From Byssovorax sp. (GTDB taxonomy: Bacteria > Myxococcota_A > Polyangia > Polyangiales > Polyangiaceae): 13,451 nucleotides of DNA. The first letter of the stretch is position 1; each line of letters opens with the position of its first letter. The translations under genes were made by a program, and so were the position numbers. Location: NCBI GenBank assembly GCA_046351295.1, contig JAXLYT010000035.1:1-13451 (forward strand). Direction: 5' to 3'. The notes under the pieces are model-generated. The model saw only the letters and a program-made list of their open reading frames with translations. It did no database searches and was not told the origin of the DNA. Shown in pieces: positions 12,418 to 13,451 of this stretch.

Positions 12418-13451
12418 ATGGTCAGCTCGACCCAGCTCGACGATACGAAGCGCGTCTCGATGGAGCAGGCCCTGGCCGAGGCGGCGAACCTCGCGCTGCT
12501 CATCCATCACCCGCGCGGCGCCCAGGCGATCCCGCTCTGGCCGGGCCGGACGGTGGTGGTGGGGCGCGAGCCCGACGGCTCGGAGGACGATTTCGTCGAG
12601 ATCCCCGACGACTCCGTCTCGAAGCGGCATGCCAGGTTCTTCGCCGGCGAGGGCCGGGTGCTCGTCAGGGATCTCGGCTCCACGAACGGGACCCGCGTCG
12701 GGACAACGCTGCTCCAGGGCGGAGACCCCGTGCGCATCGAGGTCGGAACAACCATGTTCCTCGGCAAGGTGTTCGCGGCCCTCGTGGTGGCGAGCTGCGA
12801 CGCCGCGAGCCTGGACGACGATGCCGCCGCGGCATCATCCCTCTCGCCCGTGGCGGCGAGCGGCCCGATGAAGGCCCTCATCGAGGACATCAGGCCCATC
12901 GAGCCCGTCTCGTCGCCGGTGCTCCTCCTCGGCGAGACCGGGACGGGCAAGGAGGTGCTCGCCCACTTCATCCACCGCACGAGCCGACGGCGGAACGCGC
13001 GCTTCGTCGCGGTCAACTGCGGCGCCATCCCGGCGGCGCTCGCCGAGAGCGAGCTCTTCGGCCACGTGAAGGGCGCGTTCACCGGCGCGATCGATCGCAG
13101 AGGGGTCTTCGAGGTCGCCTCGGGCGGCACGCTCTTCCTCGACGAGATCGGAGACCTCCCGCTCGACCTCCAGGTCAAGCTGCTCCGCGTCCTGCAAGAG
13201 GGCGTCGTCCGGCGCGTCGGCAGCAACGAGGACAGGCCGGTCGACGTCCGTCTCGTCTCGGCCACCCACCGCGACCTCTCGAAGATGGTCGCCAAGGGCG
13301 GGTTTCGGGAAGACCTTTATTACCGGATCAACATCATCGATTTCCACATTCCCCCGCTCCGCGACAGGAGAGACGATATCCCCCCGCTCGCCCGGCGCCT
13401 GCTCCGGACCCTGAGCCAGAAGGCCGGCCGGACGATCGGCGCGATCGACGC
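12418..13451 (+). CDS. Sigma-54-dependent transcriptional activator (bacterial enhancer-binding protein) with an N-terminal FHA domain; 3' end lies beyond the window
   Basis: SD AAGGAG at 12404-12409 lies 8 nt before ATG 12418, and GTG 12415 is an alternative start. The FHA domain is [12 protein letters not shown]...[28 protein letters not shown]. The sigma-54 AAA+ domain has Walker [15 protein letters not shown]. The GAFTGA motif sits in [15 protein letters not shown]. The Walker B motif is [27 protein letters not shown]. The frame is uninterrupted to the window end, and the gene is missing from the ORF track because it has no stop within the window. Confidence 0.9.
   Translation, partial: MVSSTQLDDTKRVSMEQALAEAANLALLIHHPRGAQAIPLWPGRTVVVGREPDGSEDDFVEIPDDSVSKRHARFFAGEGRVLVRDLGSTNGTRVGTTLLQGGDPVRIEVGTTMFLGKVFAALVVASCDAASLDDDAAAASSLSPVAASGPMKALIEDIRPIEPVSSPVLLLGETGTGKEVLAHFIHRTSRRRNARFVAVNCGAIPAALAESELFGHVKGAFTGAIDRRGVFEVASGGTLFLDEIGDLPLDLQVKLLRVLQEGVVRRVGSNEDRPVDVRLVSATHRDLSKMVAKGGFREDLYYRINIIDFHIPPLRDRRDDIPPLARRLLRTLSQKAGRTIGAID

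Noticed and set aside
12507-13347. Minus-strand ORFs 12507..13295 and 12835..13347
   Set aside because: They are antisense to the bEBP gene, whose Walker A/B and GAFTGA motifs fix the plus frame. The extension of ORF 11263..12630 upstream of 12102 is rejected for the same reason.

Overview
This is a very GC-rich window, with third codon positions almost always G/C, in the style of a myxobacterial or other high-GC deltaproteobacterial chromosome. The gene order I can support, left to right, is as follows. (1) A partial minus-strand gene whose visible part looks like a CHAT (caspase/HetF-like) protease domain. (2) A small, lower-GC gene encoding only a DUF4351 domain, which normally forms the C-terminus of Rpn/YhgA-type nucleases. 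(3) About 1.1 kb of non-coding DNA packed with repeats: palindromic GGGAGG-arm elements, GGTTTTGG direct repeats, and seven copies of a 43-bp tandem repeat. (4) An unusual fusion of a histone-H1-like Lys/Ala/Pro-repeat tail to a Fic domain whose catalytic HPFxDGNGR motif is degenerate (YPFPTDSGK). (5) Endonuclease III (nth). (6) uvrA, preceded by a duplicated ~50-bp leader element and a possible overlapping uORF. (7) A two-gene operon encoding a secreted protein and a TPR-flanked Ser/Thr kinase. The kinase reading frame is unambiguously broken at four or more single-nucleotide indels, and the secreted protein has a short middle region where the coding frame is uncertain. (8) A minus-strand operon that converges on the kinase gene. 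It encodes a membrane-anchored TonB_C/AgmX-like protein and a 95-aa protein, and sits behind a good sigma-54 (-24 TGGCAC / -12 CTGC) promoter. (9) Transcribed divergently from that promoter, an FHA-domain sigma-54 enhancer-binding protein, with a cluster of GC palindromes and tandem octamers at enhancer distance. The most interesting candidates are the histone-tail/pseudo-Fic fusion and the STPK / FHA-bEBP / sigma-54-promoter module. Most of the long ORFs in the six-frame track are antisense or out-of-frame artefacts of the GC bias.
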